Of a DNA stretch of 39,548 nucleotides, positions 14,625-23,337 are shown piece after piece. The notes beneath the pieces are model-generated. The model was given only the letters and a program-made list of their open reading frames with translations, was not told the DNA's origin and did no database searches. The DNA lies in assembly GCA_040389385.1 (NCBI GenBank), contig JAZKAA010000005.1, positions 9,094 through 48,641 on the forward strand, read 5' to 3'. This DNA is from Patescibacteria group bacterium. GTDB taxonomy: Bacteria > Patescibacteriota > Minisyncoccia > Phycocordibacterales > SBAW01. Each line of letters opens with the position of its first letter. Within the stretch, counting starts at the first letter, position 1. A program made the translations under genes and the position numbers.

Positions 14625-15542
14625 ATGGCATCGATAAAAGTTTTTGGACATAAGTCGCCCGACACCGACACGACCGGCTCGGCTGTGTTGTGGGCGTGGT
14701 ACCTCACCAACCACACGACCACCCCCGCCACCCCTTTTGTATTGGGCGATCTCAATAAAGAAACCCAGTTTGTGCTCACCCGTTGGGGCGTGCCTACTCC
14801 GGCGCTTTTGGAGCTTGCTGCAGATGACGACGTGGTGGTTGTCGACACCAACAACCCCGCCGAGCTGCCCGACAACATCAATAACGCCAACCTGTTGGCC
14901 GTGATAGACCATCACAAGCTGGTAGGAGGGCTCACCAGCAAAAACCCGCCGACCATCACCATGCGCCCGCTGGCCTGCACCGCCACTCTTATATACGACA
15001 TGATGGGCACCGTCGCCGAGCAGATGCCCAAGGAGATGATGGGTGTGATGCTTAGCTGCATACTCTCCGACACGCTCGAGTTTCGCTCGCCCACAACGAC
15101 GCCGCACGACAAGGCAGTGGCAGAGGCGCTTGCCCAAAAGCTCGGTGTTGCAATACCCCAGTATGCGGCCGAGTTGTTTGCCGCCAAGTCTGACGTCAGC
15201 GACTACAGTGACCAAGGGCTCATCCATATAGACAGCAAAGTATTCCCCGTCGGCGGCAAAAACCTCCGCGTATCAGTGGTAGAGACCGCGTCAGCTCGAG
15301 CGGTGCTCGGCCGCAAAGAGGGGATTATGCAGGCGCTCAAAGCCGAGGCGCCTAAGGGCCAGGACGGCATCCTGTTTTTTGTTGTGGATATTTTAAAAGA
15401 AGAGGCGACCGTCTTTGTCTACGACGAGTTTGTAAAAACTATTGTAGAAAAATCGTTTGGTACGAACGTGCCCGGCGACACTGTAGTCTTGCCGGGCATC
15501 GTCTCGCGCAAAAAGCAGATTATTCCTGCGCTGCAGGTGTAG
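14625..15542 (+). CDS. ppaC: Mn-dependent inorganic pyrophosphatase (family II)
   Basis: GHKSPDTD, VIDHH, SDTL.F.SPTTT, SRKKQIIP. Confidence 0.95.
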   Translation: MASIKVFGHKSPDTDTTGSAVLWAWYLTNHTTTPATPFVLGDLNKETQFVLTRWGVPTPALLELAADDDVVVVDTNNPAELPDNINNANLLAVIDHHKLVGGLTSKNPPTITMRPLACTATLIYDMMGTVAEQMPKEMMGVMLSCILSDTLEFRSPTTTPHDKAVAEALAQKLGVAIPQYAAELFAAKSDVSDYSDQGLIHIDSKVFPVGGKNLRVSVVETASARAVLGRKEGIMQALKAEAPKGQDGILFFVVDILKEEATVFVYDEFVKTIVEKSFGTNVPGDTVVLPGIVSRKKQIIPALQV

Positions 15543-16740
15543 CGTCGTCTTTTGTAACTTCGGTCGCTTCTGCAAGAGTTGCTTCGGCAACCGGGGCATC
15601 CTCTTTCTTTTCTACCTTGCCGCCGACCGAGTCGATGTCGATACGCCAGTTGGTAAGCTTGGCTGCTAGACGGACGTTTTGGCCGCCGCGGCCGATAGCG
15701 AGCGACTGCTGGTCGTCTGCCACCGACACTTTGGCCGTGTGTGACTCCTCGTCCAAGACGACGCTCATTACGCGGGCAGGGGACAGTGCTTCCTCGATAA
15801 AGGCTTTAGGGTCGGCGTTCCACTCTATAATGTCTATCTTTTCGCCACCCAACTCGCTGGTGACAGTACTGACACGGACGCCGCGCTGGCCAACCAAACT
15901 GCCGACAGGGTCGACGTGCGCATCGGTCGATGCCACCGCCACTTTGGCGCGGCTGCCGGCCTCGCGCGCGATAGCTTTAAATATGACGACGCCGTTTTGT
16001 GCCTCCGGCGCTTCCATCTCAAACAATTTCTTGAGGAAGTCCGGATGCGCGCGCGAGAGTCGCAGGTAAATACCGCGGGGCGACTCCTCTACTTGGTACA
16101 AAAGCGCGCGTATGCGCTCGCCCTGGCGGTAGCGCTCGCCCGGTATCTGCTCCTCGTACGGCAAGATGCCCGTGGCGCGGCCCAAGTCAATATATAAGTT
16201 GCCGCGCTCCATACGCTGCACCGTACCGCCGATAATCTCGCCCACCTTTTTGCCGTACTCGGCCACGACGGAGACCTTTTCCGCCTCGCGGATTTTTTGG
16301 ATGATGACTTGCTTGGCGGTCTGGGCCGCAATGCGACCGTAGTCGTCTTTGGCCTCGAGAGGAAAGACGAGCTCCTCGCCCACAACGGCGTCGCGCTTAA
16401 TAAACTTGGCGTCGCTAAGCATGATGTGCTGCTCGGGGTTATAGAGCGGCTTGGGCGGAACGGGGTTGCCCTCGGCGTCGAGCACAGGCTCGGCGTCTTG
16501 GTCCAGCTCCTCTTCCATCCGGACGGTGTTTTCGTCTACAATTTCTTTGACCTGCACAAACTCGGTTTTGCCCGAGTTCATATCCAGGTGTGCGCGGATG
16601 ACCTGCCCTTTTTGTGCGTACTCTTTTTTGTATGCGGTTGCGAGCGCGGCCTCGATAGCCTCGATAACTTTGGCGCGCGGGATACCCTTGTCCTCCTCGA
16701 GTTCGCCCAAAACAGAGTTCATTACTTTGAGATCCATCAT
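15520..16740 (-). CDS. nusA: Transcription termination factor NusA
   Basis: YGRIAAQTAKQVI.QK, S1 and KH domains, AIGRGGQNVRLA. Confidence 0.97.
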   Translation of the reverse strand: MMDLKVMNSVLGELEEDKGIPRAKVIEAIEAALATAYKKEYAQKGQVIRAHLDMNSGKTEFVQVKEIVDENTVRMEEELDQDAEPVLDAEGNPVPPKPLYNPEQHIMLSDAKFIKRDAVVGEELVFPLEAKDDYGRIAAQTAKQVIIQKIREAEKVSVVAEYGKKVGEIIGGTVQRMERGNLYIDLGRATGILPYEEQIPGERYRQGERIRALLYQVEESPRGIYLRLSRAHPDFLKKLFEMEAPEAQNGVVIFKAIAREAGSRAKVAVASTDAHVDPVGSLVGQRGVRVSTVTSELGGEKIDIIEWNADPKAFIEEALSPARVMSVVLDEESHTAKVSVADDQQSLAIGRGGQNVRLAAKLTNWRIDIDSVGGKVEKKEDAPVAEATLAEATEVTKDDATPAAQE

Positions 16741-16756
16741 GTTGGTGTATTCTTGT

Positions 16757-16797
16757 TTTTTTAAAAAGAAAGACTGCCCCTCGGGGCAGTCTTTCAG
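16757..16797 (-). terminator. Terminator-like hairpin in the nusA 5' leader
   Basis: Minus strand GAAAGACTGCCCC-GA-GGGGCAGTCTTTC then TTTTT, immediately after TTGACT-17-TATAGT (16834-16806). Confidence 0.65.
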
Positions 16798-16836
16798 ATA
16801 TTCCAACTATACTCCCGCTGTTTTTTAAAGTCAACT

Positions 16837-16875
16837 CCGACGCTTTGGTCGGAGCCCCGACCCCAAACGTCGGGG
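16837..16875. repeat. REP-like double-hairpin repeat, copy 3
   Basis: CTCCGACGCTTTGGTCGGAG-CCCCGAC...GTCGGGG. Confidence 0.85.
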
Positions 16876-16890
16876 TATATAATAAAACCT

Positions 16891-18381
16891 ATGCACGGAG
16901 ACGACGTATTGTTGCGCGACTTTTTGGTTGATGCGGGGCTACTAAGCCGCTCGCAACTTGCCGATGCACTACAGCGTGCGGGTGAGGGCCCTCTTGCGCT
17001 TGCGCTCTCCGAAATGGGGGTGCTTGGCGAGGATGATTTGCGCCGCGCGTCGGCGCACGCACTTGGCGTGCCGTTTGTCACACTTGCGCGGCACGAGCTG
17101 GCGCTCGATGCGATGCTACTTATACCCGAGCCCCTTGCCCGCGCGCACAATGTCTTTGCGTACAAACTTGCCGACGGCGCCGTCGAGGTAGCCGCGCTCG
17201 ACCTGGCCGACTTGGGAGCACTTGCCGACCTCAAGCGCACGCACCGCGTGTTGCCGCGGCTGACCGACGCGCGCTCGATGCGCGAGGCGCTCCTGCACTA
17301 CCAAAAACATCTTAAAGAAAAGTTTGGCGAGCTGCTGACCACGGGCGCCCACCTGGGCGAGGCGTTGATAAACCACGCGCTCTACAGCCGCGCGGGCGGT
17401 GTGCACATAGACGCCGGGCAAATGACCACATTGGTGCGCTACCAAATAGGCCACGCGATGCACGAGGCGTTTGCGCTCCCCGCGCAGGCGGGCAAGCAAT
17501 TGGTGGGGCAACTCAAGGCGCTGGCCAAACTCCTGCCGGTGGAGCGCGCACAGGAGGGTAAATTTAAAATAGAAAAGGACGGCCAGATAACCAACGTGCG
17601 CGTGCATGCGATGCCGCACAAAGGCGGCGAGCGGCTACACCTGCGCCTGGCACGCGGCAACGCCGCGCGCGGCTACATGCTTGAGTCGCTCGGGCTACAT
17701 GGCGAGGCGCTTGCGGCAGTCGAGCGGGTGCTCGCGCGCGAGCAGGGGCTCATCACTATCACCGGCGCACTTGGCGGCGGCAAGACAACCGCGCTCCAGA
17801 CGATTGAGGACCTGCTACTCTCGCCTCATCGCACGGTGTTGTGGGCAGACAATGCCGCCACCGCGCGCGCAGCGCTGCGACACGACCCGCACGCACTCTT
17901 TTTGGATGACGTACGCGACCCGGCTCTCGCGGCGCTTGCCACTGCTGCCGCGCGACGCGGCGTTCTTGTGGTGGCCGGCGTAGGTGCCGACGGGTTATTT
18001 GATGCGCCTGATGTCGAAGTCCGTGTTGCGCGCGTGCAGCGCTTGGCCAATGACCAGTTTAGGCAGATGCAAAAGTTGTCGCGTGCCGAGGTTAACGCCT
18101 TTGCCGAGCAGATTACGCCGGCACGGCTGTACGACGCTTTAAAAGAGGAAAAAGTGATAGAGCCTGGCGCCGCATGGAAGGATATTATGTTTGCACATCC
18201 CACGCCGAGCTCCGGACACCCGACCGGTTACTTTGGGCACATCGGCCTGCAAGAGGTACATGCGAGGGGCCTGCCTGCGCAGGCAGGAGCGCGCGCCGGG
18301 CTCAATTTGATAGAAGACGGGCTATTTAAGGCGGCCCAAGGGCTGACCAGTGTCGAGGAGGTCCAAAAACTCCTTATTTAG
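16891..18381 (+). CDS. Degenerate GspE/PilB-family ATPase with MshEN-like N-terminus
   Basis: L.D.LV.AGLLS..QL..AL repeat, Walker A GGGKTT, LRHDP, G.TSVEEV C-terminus; EDPVE Asp box missing. Confidence 0.8.
   Translation: MHGDDVLLRDFLVDAGLLSRSQLADALQRAGEGPLALALSEMGVLGEDDLRRASAHALGVPFVTLARHELALDAMLLIPEPLARAHNVFAYKLADGAVEVAALDLADLGALADLKRTHRVLPRLTDARSMREALLHYQKHLKEKFGELLTTGAHLGEALINHALYSRAGGVHIDAGQMTTLVRYQIGHAMHEAFALPAQAGKQLVGQLKALAKLLPVERAQEGKFKIEKDGQITNVRVHAMPHKGGERLHLRLARGNAARGYMLESLGLHGEALAAVERVLAREQGLITITGALGGGKTTALQTIEDLLLSPHRTVLWADNAATARAALRHDPHALFLDDVRDPALAALATAAARRGVLVVAGVGADGLFDAPDVEVRVARVQRLANDQFRQMQKLSRAEVNAFAEQITPARLYDALKEEKVIEPGAAWKDIMFAHPTPSSGHPTGYFGHIGLQEVHARGLPAQAGARAGLNLIEDGLFKAAQGLTSVEEVQKLLI
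18270..18287. repeat. Perfect 18-bp palindrome within the coding sequence
   Basis: CCTGCCTGCGCAGGCAGG, read as LPAQAG. Confidence 0.65.
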
Positions 18382-18412
18382 AGCCATATTTTGGTATTTT
18401 AGGCTATAGGGC

Positions 18413-18635
18413 TTGACAAAAGTCAAGCTAGGGTGTATACTATGCTTACACAGTCAAGGAGTAGAGGCCTTTGACACAGTTTCATAGCGAGAAGGGATAT
18501 CGGCGAAAAAACCGCTCTTAGAGCAATCGCCAATGTTATTCCTCGTCGCCGGGCCTGACAGTAGGCGCGGTACGAGGGTTTGCATGCTGCGCGTCGCGCA
18601 GTGTCCATCCCTGCTTCTCACAGAAGGAGAGTGTC
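18413..18635 (+). promoter_or_regulatory. Near-consensus promoter and ~190-nt structured 5' leader
   Basis: TTGACA 18413-18, 17 nt, TATACT 18436-41; multi-branched stems before the SD. Confidence 0.6.
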
Positions 18636-18896
18636 ATGACAGGTGCAATCCTCGTTGCAGGTGTTGCAATCGTTGCCGTGTTAGCGGCAACTTCTAATCG
18701 TCTGCCCGTTATTGCGCGACTGCTCATCGCGGGTGCGGCGACGGTGTTCATCCTGGCGTTCGCGTCAAGTGGAGCGAAGTCGGCCGAAAACAAGCCGATG
18801 CAAATTTGCACCGGCGAGTGTCAGAAATCCGCTCCGGCTCCCAAGCCGAAGCAAAAGCTGAAGCAGGTCGTCGGCGCGGCGCCCCTCAGCTGGTAA
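18636..18896 (+). CDS. Small membrane protein (86 aa)
   Basis: AAGGAG SD, two hydrophobic segments, CxxxC. Confidence 0.6.
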   Translation: MTGAILVAGVAIVAVLAATSNRLPVIARLLIAGAATVFILAFASSGAKSAENKPMQICTGECQKSAPAPKPKQKLKQVVGAAPLSW

Positions 18897-19147
18897 CCAG
18901 TTCTTCGCCGGCAGGTCTCACCACCTGCCATCCTCCCAAACTGATCGGCAACTCTCTTTTGTTGCCGGTCCCTTTCAAGCCCTTCATTACAAGTGGAGTG
19001 TTTGAAAGGGATACTACATCCCACCGCGTCGCTAGCGGGGTGCAAACGAGACCCTCTACTGTTCCATTTTTTGGACAGCCTCGTTTGTGCCCCACTGGCG
19101 GTGATAAGCATCGTCAGAAATTCAACGTCGCTCTAAAGGAGGGCAAC

Positions 19148-19489
19148 ATGTGGAAGACAATTAAGACCATTGTCGGACTCGGCATTGGAGCGATGATCGT
19201 TTACTTCATCGCGGTGCAGTTCTTTCTTCCAATCGCGACGAGCCCAAATCCGGGCCGAGCTATGGACCGGACAACACAAGGGTTCCTCAACTGGCTTGCC
19301 AGTCCGGCACAGCCAGGCGACGACGCGCGCATCGTGTCGTTCGCGTTTGTCATTGGGCTCATCTTCTTTGTCCTTTGGCTGTTTCGGAAAATTGCTGCTG
19401 ATGGCAAGAAGACCTTCAGCAAAGCCAAGCCGAAGAAGAAGAAGCCCAGGCGTGTCGAAATCATCGACGACGATGACGACCACCATTAG
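19148..19489 (+). CDS. Two-TM membrane protein with basic then acidic tail (113 aa)
   Basis: AAGGAGG SD; tail KKKKPRR..DDDDDHH; terminator at about 19522-19556. Confidence 0.65.
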   Translation: MWKTIKTIVGLGIGAMIVYFIAVQFFLPIATSPNPGRAMDRTTQGFLNWLASPAQPGDDARIVSFAFVIGLIFFVLWLFRKIAADGKKTFSKAKPKKKKPRRVEIIDDDDDHH

Positions 19490-19571
19490 TTCTTTGCGGC
19501 CATAGGCCGATGTGCGAGAGGCCCCTGATGGAAACATCGGGGGCTTTTTGTTTTTCTGATACTATAGGCAC

Positions 19572-20318
19572 ATGCAGAAACGGTCGCTCGTCATCGCCAA
19601 TTGGAAGATGTATATAGAGTCGCCCGAGGTCGCCCGCGCTTGGGTAGCCAAGGTAGGGAGGGCCAAAAAGGATGCCGAAGTGTGGGCGGCGGTGCCGGCC
19701 CCATTTATCCCGCTCTTTGCCAAGTCGGCATTGTCCGTAGGAGCTCAGACTGTGTCGCGGCTGGATGCTGCACATCACGCACACACCGGCGAGGTGTCGG
19801 CCACAATGGTTAAAAACAGCGGCGCATCATTTACGCTTGTCGGGCACTCGGAGCGCCGTGCAGCAGGCGACACCAACGAGGCCGTGCACGCGCAGTTTGC
19901 CGCGGCACTCAAGGCGGGGCTCACGGTAGTCTTGTGTGTGGGTGAGCAGGCGCGCTCGCAAGACGGCGCGCACTTTACATATATAGAGGAGCAGTTGCGC
20001 AGCGCATTTGCAGGCGCGCAGTCGTTGGCAAAAAAAGTTGCTGTTGCCTACGAACCCGTGTGGGCGATAGGCAAGAGCGCCGAGCACGCGATGAAGCCGC
20101 CGCAGATAGAAGAGACGGTGATTTTTATCCGCAAAGTATTGGCCGAGGTGCTGGGCCGCACAGCGGCTCTTAAAGTACCTGTCTTGTACGGCGGCTCGGT
20201 CGAGCCTGCCAACGCGCACGCATTACGCTACGAGGGCGGGGTGGGCGGATTTTTGATTGGACACGCCAGCGCCAGTCCGGAAGAGTTTTTGGAGATTGTA
20301 AAACAATGCAAGGGATAA
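19572..20318 (+). CDS. tpiA: Triosephosphate isomerase
   Basis: ANWKM, TGEVS, GHSERR, AYEPVWAIG, LYGGSV. Confidence 0.96.
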   Translation: MQKRSLVIANWKMYIESPEVARAWVAKVGRAKKDAEVWAAVPAPFIPLFAKSALSVGAQTVSRLDAAHHAHTGEVSATMVKNSGASFTLVGHSERRAAGDTNEAVHAQFAAALKAGLTVVLCVGEQARSQDGAHFTYIEEQLRSAFAGAQSLAKKVAVAYEPVWAIGKSAEHAMKPPQIEETVIFIRKVLAEVLGRTAALKVPVLYGGSVEPANAHALRYEGGVGGFLIGHASASPEEFLEIVKQCKG

Positions 20319-21391
20319 AGTCGGTACGCGATGCAGACGTTAAAGGCAAGCGCGTGATGGTGCGCGTAGATTTTAATGTGCCAATTGCAGATGGCGTCGT
20401 TGCAGATGATACACGGATTAAGGCAGCGCTCCCGACGCTCAATTTTTTGCGCGAGAAGGGTGCTGCAGAAATTATTGTAGTCACGCATTTGGGCAGGCCC
20501 GGCGGAAAAATAGTAGAAGAATTGCGTGTGGCCCCTGTGGCCAAGCGCTTGCGTGAGCTTTTTGACGCGCCCAATGTGTCGCTCTTGGAAAATATTTTAT
20601 TTGACCCCCGCGAGGCTGCAAACGACGTAGCACTTGCGCAAGAGCTCGCACAAAAGGCGGATATTTTTGTAAACGACGCCTTTGCCGACCTGCATCGCCC
20701 GTACGCAACCCACCTGTCGCTCCCGCGCCTGTTGCCCAGCTACGCCGGGCTGTTGGTAGAGACAGAGATCGAGCATCTCTCGCAGGCACTCACGCCGCCC
20801 CAAGGCAGCATCGCGCTCATTGGCGGGGCCAAGTTTGAGACAAAAGAGCCTCTGCTCAAAAAATTGCTCGACACCTACAGCGAACTTTTGCTCGGCGGCG
20901 CGCTGGCCAACGACGTGCTCAAGGCACGCGGCTGGCCGGTGGGCGCATCACACGTATCGGAGCTCGGGGTGCCGGTAGATATTGCAGGCAACGAGCGCCT
21001 GGTGGTGCCGACAGATGCTACCGTGCGCGAGGGGGAGCAAGGTGCCGAGCGCACGACGTTGGTTGTCGACACACAAATAGGCGAGGCAATAATCGACATC
21101 GGCCCGGCAACAGCCGCGGCATGGGCACAAAAAATCGCCGCCGCCCCGTTTGTGCTGTGGAACGGCCCGATGGGCATCTACGAGCTCGGCTTTACCCTCG
21201 GCACCGACACGCTGGCCGAGGCGATAACAAAAAGTAACTGCAAAGCGGTTGTGGGCGGCGGCGACACGGTGGCCGCACTAAAGAAATTTACATTTGACCC
21301 GGAAAAGGTGTTTATCTCGACCGGCGGCGGCGCGATGCTCGAGTTTTTAATGAGCGGGACTCTCCCCGGGCTGGATGCTCTGCGGAAATAA
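20306..21391 (+). CDS. pgk: Phosphoglycerate kinase
   Basis: RVDFNVP, HLGRP, VNDAF, WNGPMG, GGGDT, STGGGA. Confidence 0.96.
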   Translation: MQGIKSVRDADVKGKRVMVRVDFNVPIADGVVADDTRIKAALPTLNFLREKGAAEIIVVTHLGRPGGKIVEELRVAPVAKRLRELFDAPNVSLLENILFDPREAANDVALAQELAQKADIFVNDAFADLHRPYATHLSLPRLLPSYAGLLVETEIEHLSQALTPPQGSIALIGGAKFETKEPLLKKLLDTYSELLLGGALANDVLKARGWPVGASHVSELGVPVDIAGNERLVVPTDATVREGEQGAERTTLVVDTQIGEAIIDIGPATAAAWAQKIAAAPFVLWNGPMGIYELGFTLGTDTLAEAITKSNCKAVVGGGDTVAALKKFTFDPEKVFISTGGGAMLEFLMSGTLPGLDALRK

Positions 21392-21679
21392 ATGTATATG
21401 CACATGTGGTACGTCGGTGCCAACGATATTCATGCGCACAAAGTCGGCCTTGTGGTCGACTTTTAGTTTGTGGGCCACAGTCTTGGCCGCGCGGAATAGG
21501 GGGTCAGACACGCTGTCCGGCAGATCTTGGAACCATTGGTGGTGGCTTTTGGGTATAAGCAGCGTATGGCCGGGCGACTTGGGCGCAATATCATAAAAAG
21601 CAATAGTGTCCTGGTCCTCGTATACCACCTTGGCAGGTACCTCGTGTCGGCCTATTTTGCAAAAGATACAATCGGGCAT
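21347..21679 (-). CDS. HIT-family nucleotide hydrolase
   Basis: CIFCKI, PGHTLLIPK, VPHVHIHL. Confidence 0.93.
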   Translation of the reverse strand: MPDCIFCKIGRHEVPAKVVYEDQDTIAFYDIAPKSPGHTLLIPKSHHQWFQDLPDSVSDPLFRAAKTVAHKLKVDHKADFVRMNIVGTDVPHVHIHLFPQSIQPGESPAH

Positions 21680-21696
21680 GACGTATACTATAGCAA

Positions 21697-23337
21697 ATGA
21701 AGTCGTATCGAGTACGGGAGAGACAGCACGACGACTTGGTTGATGACTTGCTGCTGGCCCGGGGCATTATGCCCGAGGCTAAAGAGCACTTTCTTAACCC
21801 AGACTACATCGCCGATGGCCACGACCCGATGTTGTTGCCCGATATGCCCGCGGCAGTTGAGCGTATTTTGTCCGCACAAAAAAATAATGAAAAGGTTGCC
21901 GTGTGGAGCGATTATGATTGCGACGGAATCCCCGGTGGCGTTTTGCTTACGGAGTTTTTGCGCGCGATGGGGCTTGCTGTTACGCACTACATACCTCATC
22001 GTCACAAGGAGGGGTACGGATTAAATAATGAGGGCATAGATGAGTTGGTGGAGCAAAAAGTTTCGCTGATGATTACGGTTGACTTGGGCACGACCGATAT
22101 CGAGTGTGTTGCTTATGCTAAAGCAAAGGGAGTAGACACAATAGTGACCGACCATCACTTGGTACACGGCGCATTGCCCGATGCATTGGTGATCAATCCC
22201 AAGCGCCCCGATAGTAAATATCCATTTGACGGCTTGTGCGGCGCAGGTGTCGCGTGGAAGTTGGCTCAGGCGCTGCAAAATAAAACACACACGCTCGGCG
22301 AGGGGCAGGAAAAGTGGCTACTCGACTTGGCCGGCTTGGGCACGCTCTCGGATATGGTGCCCTTGGTGGGCGAAAACCGGATGCTCGCGCGCTTTGGCCT
22401 GACCGTGATGCGCCGCGCGCGCCGGCCCGGGCTGCGTGCGCTTTTAGAAGTGCTGCGCATCAAGCCCTCGACACTCACCGAAGACGACGTCGCGTTTATG
22501 GTGAGCCCGCGCATCAACGCGGCAAGCCGCATGGACAACCCGCATGTGGCGGCCGCACTTTTGGGCGCCACTGACGGCGCACGCGCCGTAGAGTTGGCGC
22601 GCGAGCTCAACACCATCAACGACGCTCGCAAAACGTTGGTTGCCACAACGGTCAAAGAGGCCAACAAGCGCCTGGCGCTTGGCACACCAAGCCCGCTTAT
22701 TGTGATGGGTAGCCCCGCGTGGCGGCCGGGGATACTCGGGCTGGTGGCTAACAGTCTGATGGAGGCGCACGGTAAGCCCGTGTTTTTGTGGGGGCGCGAG
22801 GGTGGCACTGCCATACGCGGCTCGGTGCGCTCCAATGGGGTCAGCGTTGTCGAGCTGATGGGCGCCGCCAAGGATGCGTTTGAGGAGTTTGGCGGGCACA
22901 CAGCGTCGGGCGGATTTTCTTTGGCGGAAGAAAAGGTGCACGAGTTGCCCGCACGACTTCAGTCTGCGTACGAAACTCTTGCGGCGCAGGGTGTCGTGAG
23001 CGAGGAGAAGATAGTCGACCGCGAGCTGTCGCTGGCCGAGGTGCCCGCCGCGTACAAAGACTTGCAGCAACTGGCACCCTTTGGTGTCGGCAACACCAAG
23101 CCGTTGTTTATCTTTGGCCAGACAACGATTAAATCAATGAAGACCTTTGGCAAGCAGCAAAACCATCTTGATTTTTATCTGGAGCAAAACGGCGCACACA
23201 CGGGAGCAATAGCGTTCTTTTCTAACTCCGAGTCATTTACCAAAAAAGCCGCGGGCGGCGTGCGTGCCGATATTGTAGGCCATGTCGAGATGGACTGGCG
23301 CGGCAAGCCCCGCATCCGCGTGGTTGATATTATTTAA
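21697..23337 (+). CDS. recJ: Single-stranded DNA exonuclease RecJ
   Basis: DYDCDG, EGYG, TDHH, PRINA, GGH motifs. Confidence 0.95.
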   Translation: MKSYRVRERQHDDLVDDLLLARGIMPEAKEHFLNPDYIADGHDPMLLPDMPAAVERILSAQKNNEKVAVWSDYDCDGIPGGVLLTEFLRAMGLAVTHYIPHRHKEGYGLNNEGIDELVEQKVSLMITVDLGTTDIECVAYAKAKGVDTIVTDHHLVHGALPDALVINPKRPDSKYPFDGLCGAGVAWKLAQALQNKTHTLGEGQEKWLLDLAGLGTLSDMVPLVGENRMLARFGLTVMRRARRPGLRALLEVLRIKPSTLTEDDVAFMVSPRINAASRMDNPHVAAALLGATDGARAVELARELNTINDARKTLVATTVKEANKRLALGTPSPLIVMGSPAWRPGILGLVANSLMEAHGKPVFLWGREGGTAIRGSVRSNGVSVVELMGAAKDAFEEFGGHTASGGFSLAEEKVHELPARLQSAYETLAAQGVVSEEKIVDRELSLAEVPAAYKDLQQLAPFGVGNTKPLFIFGQTTIKSMKTFGKQQNHLDFYLEQNGAHTGAIAFFSNSESFTKKAAGGVRADIVGHVEMDWRGKPRIRVVDII

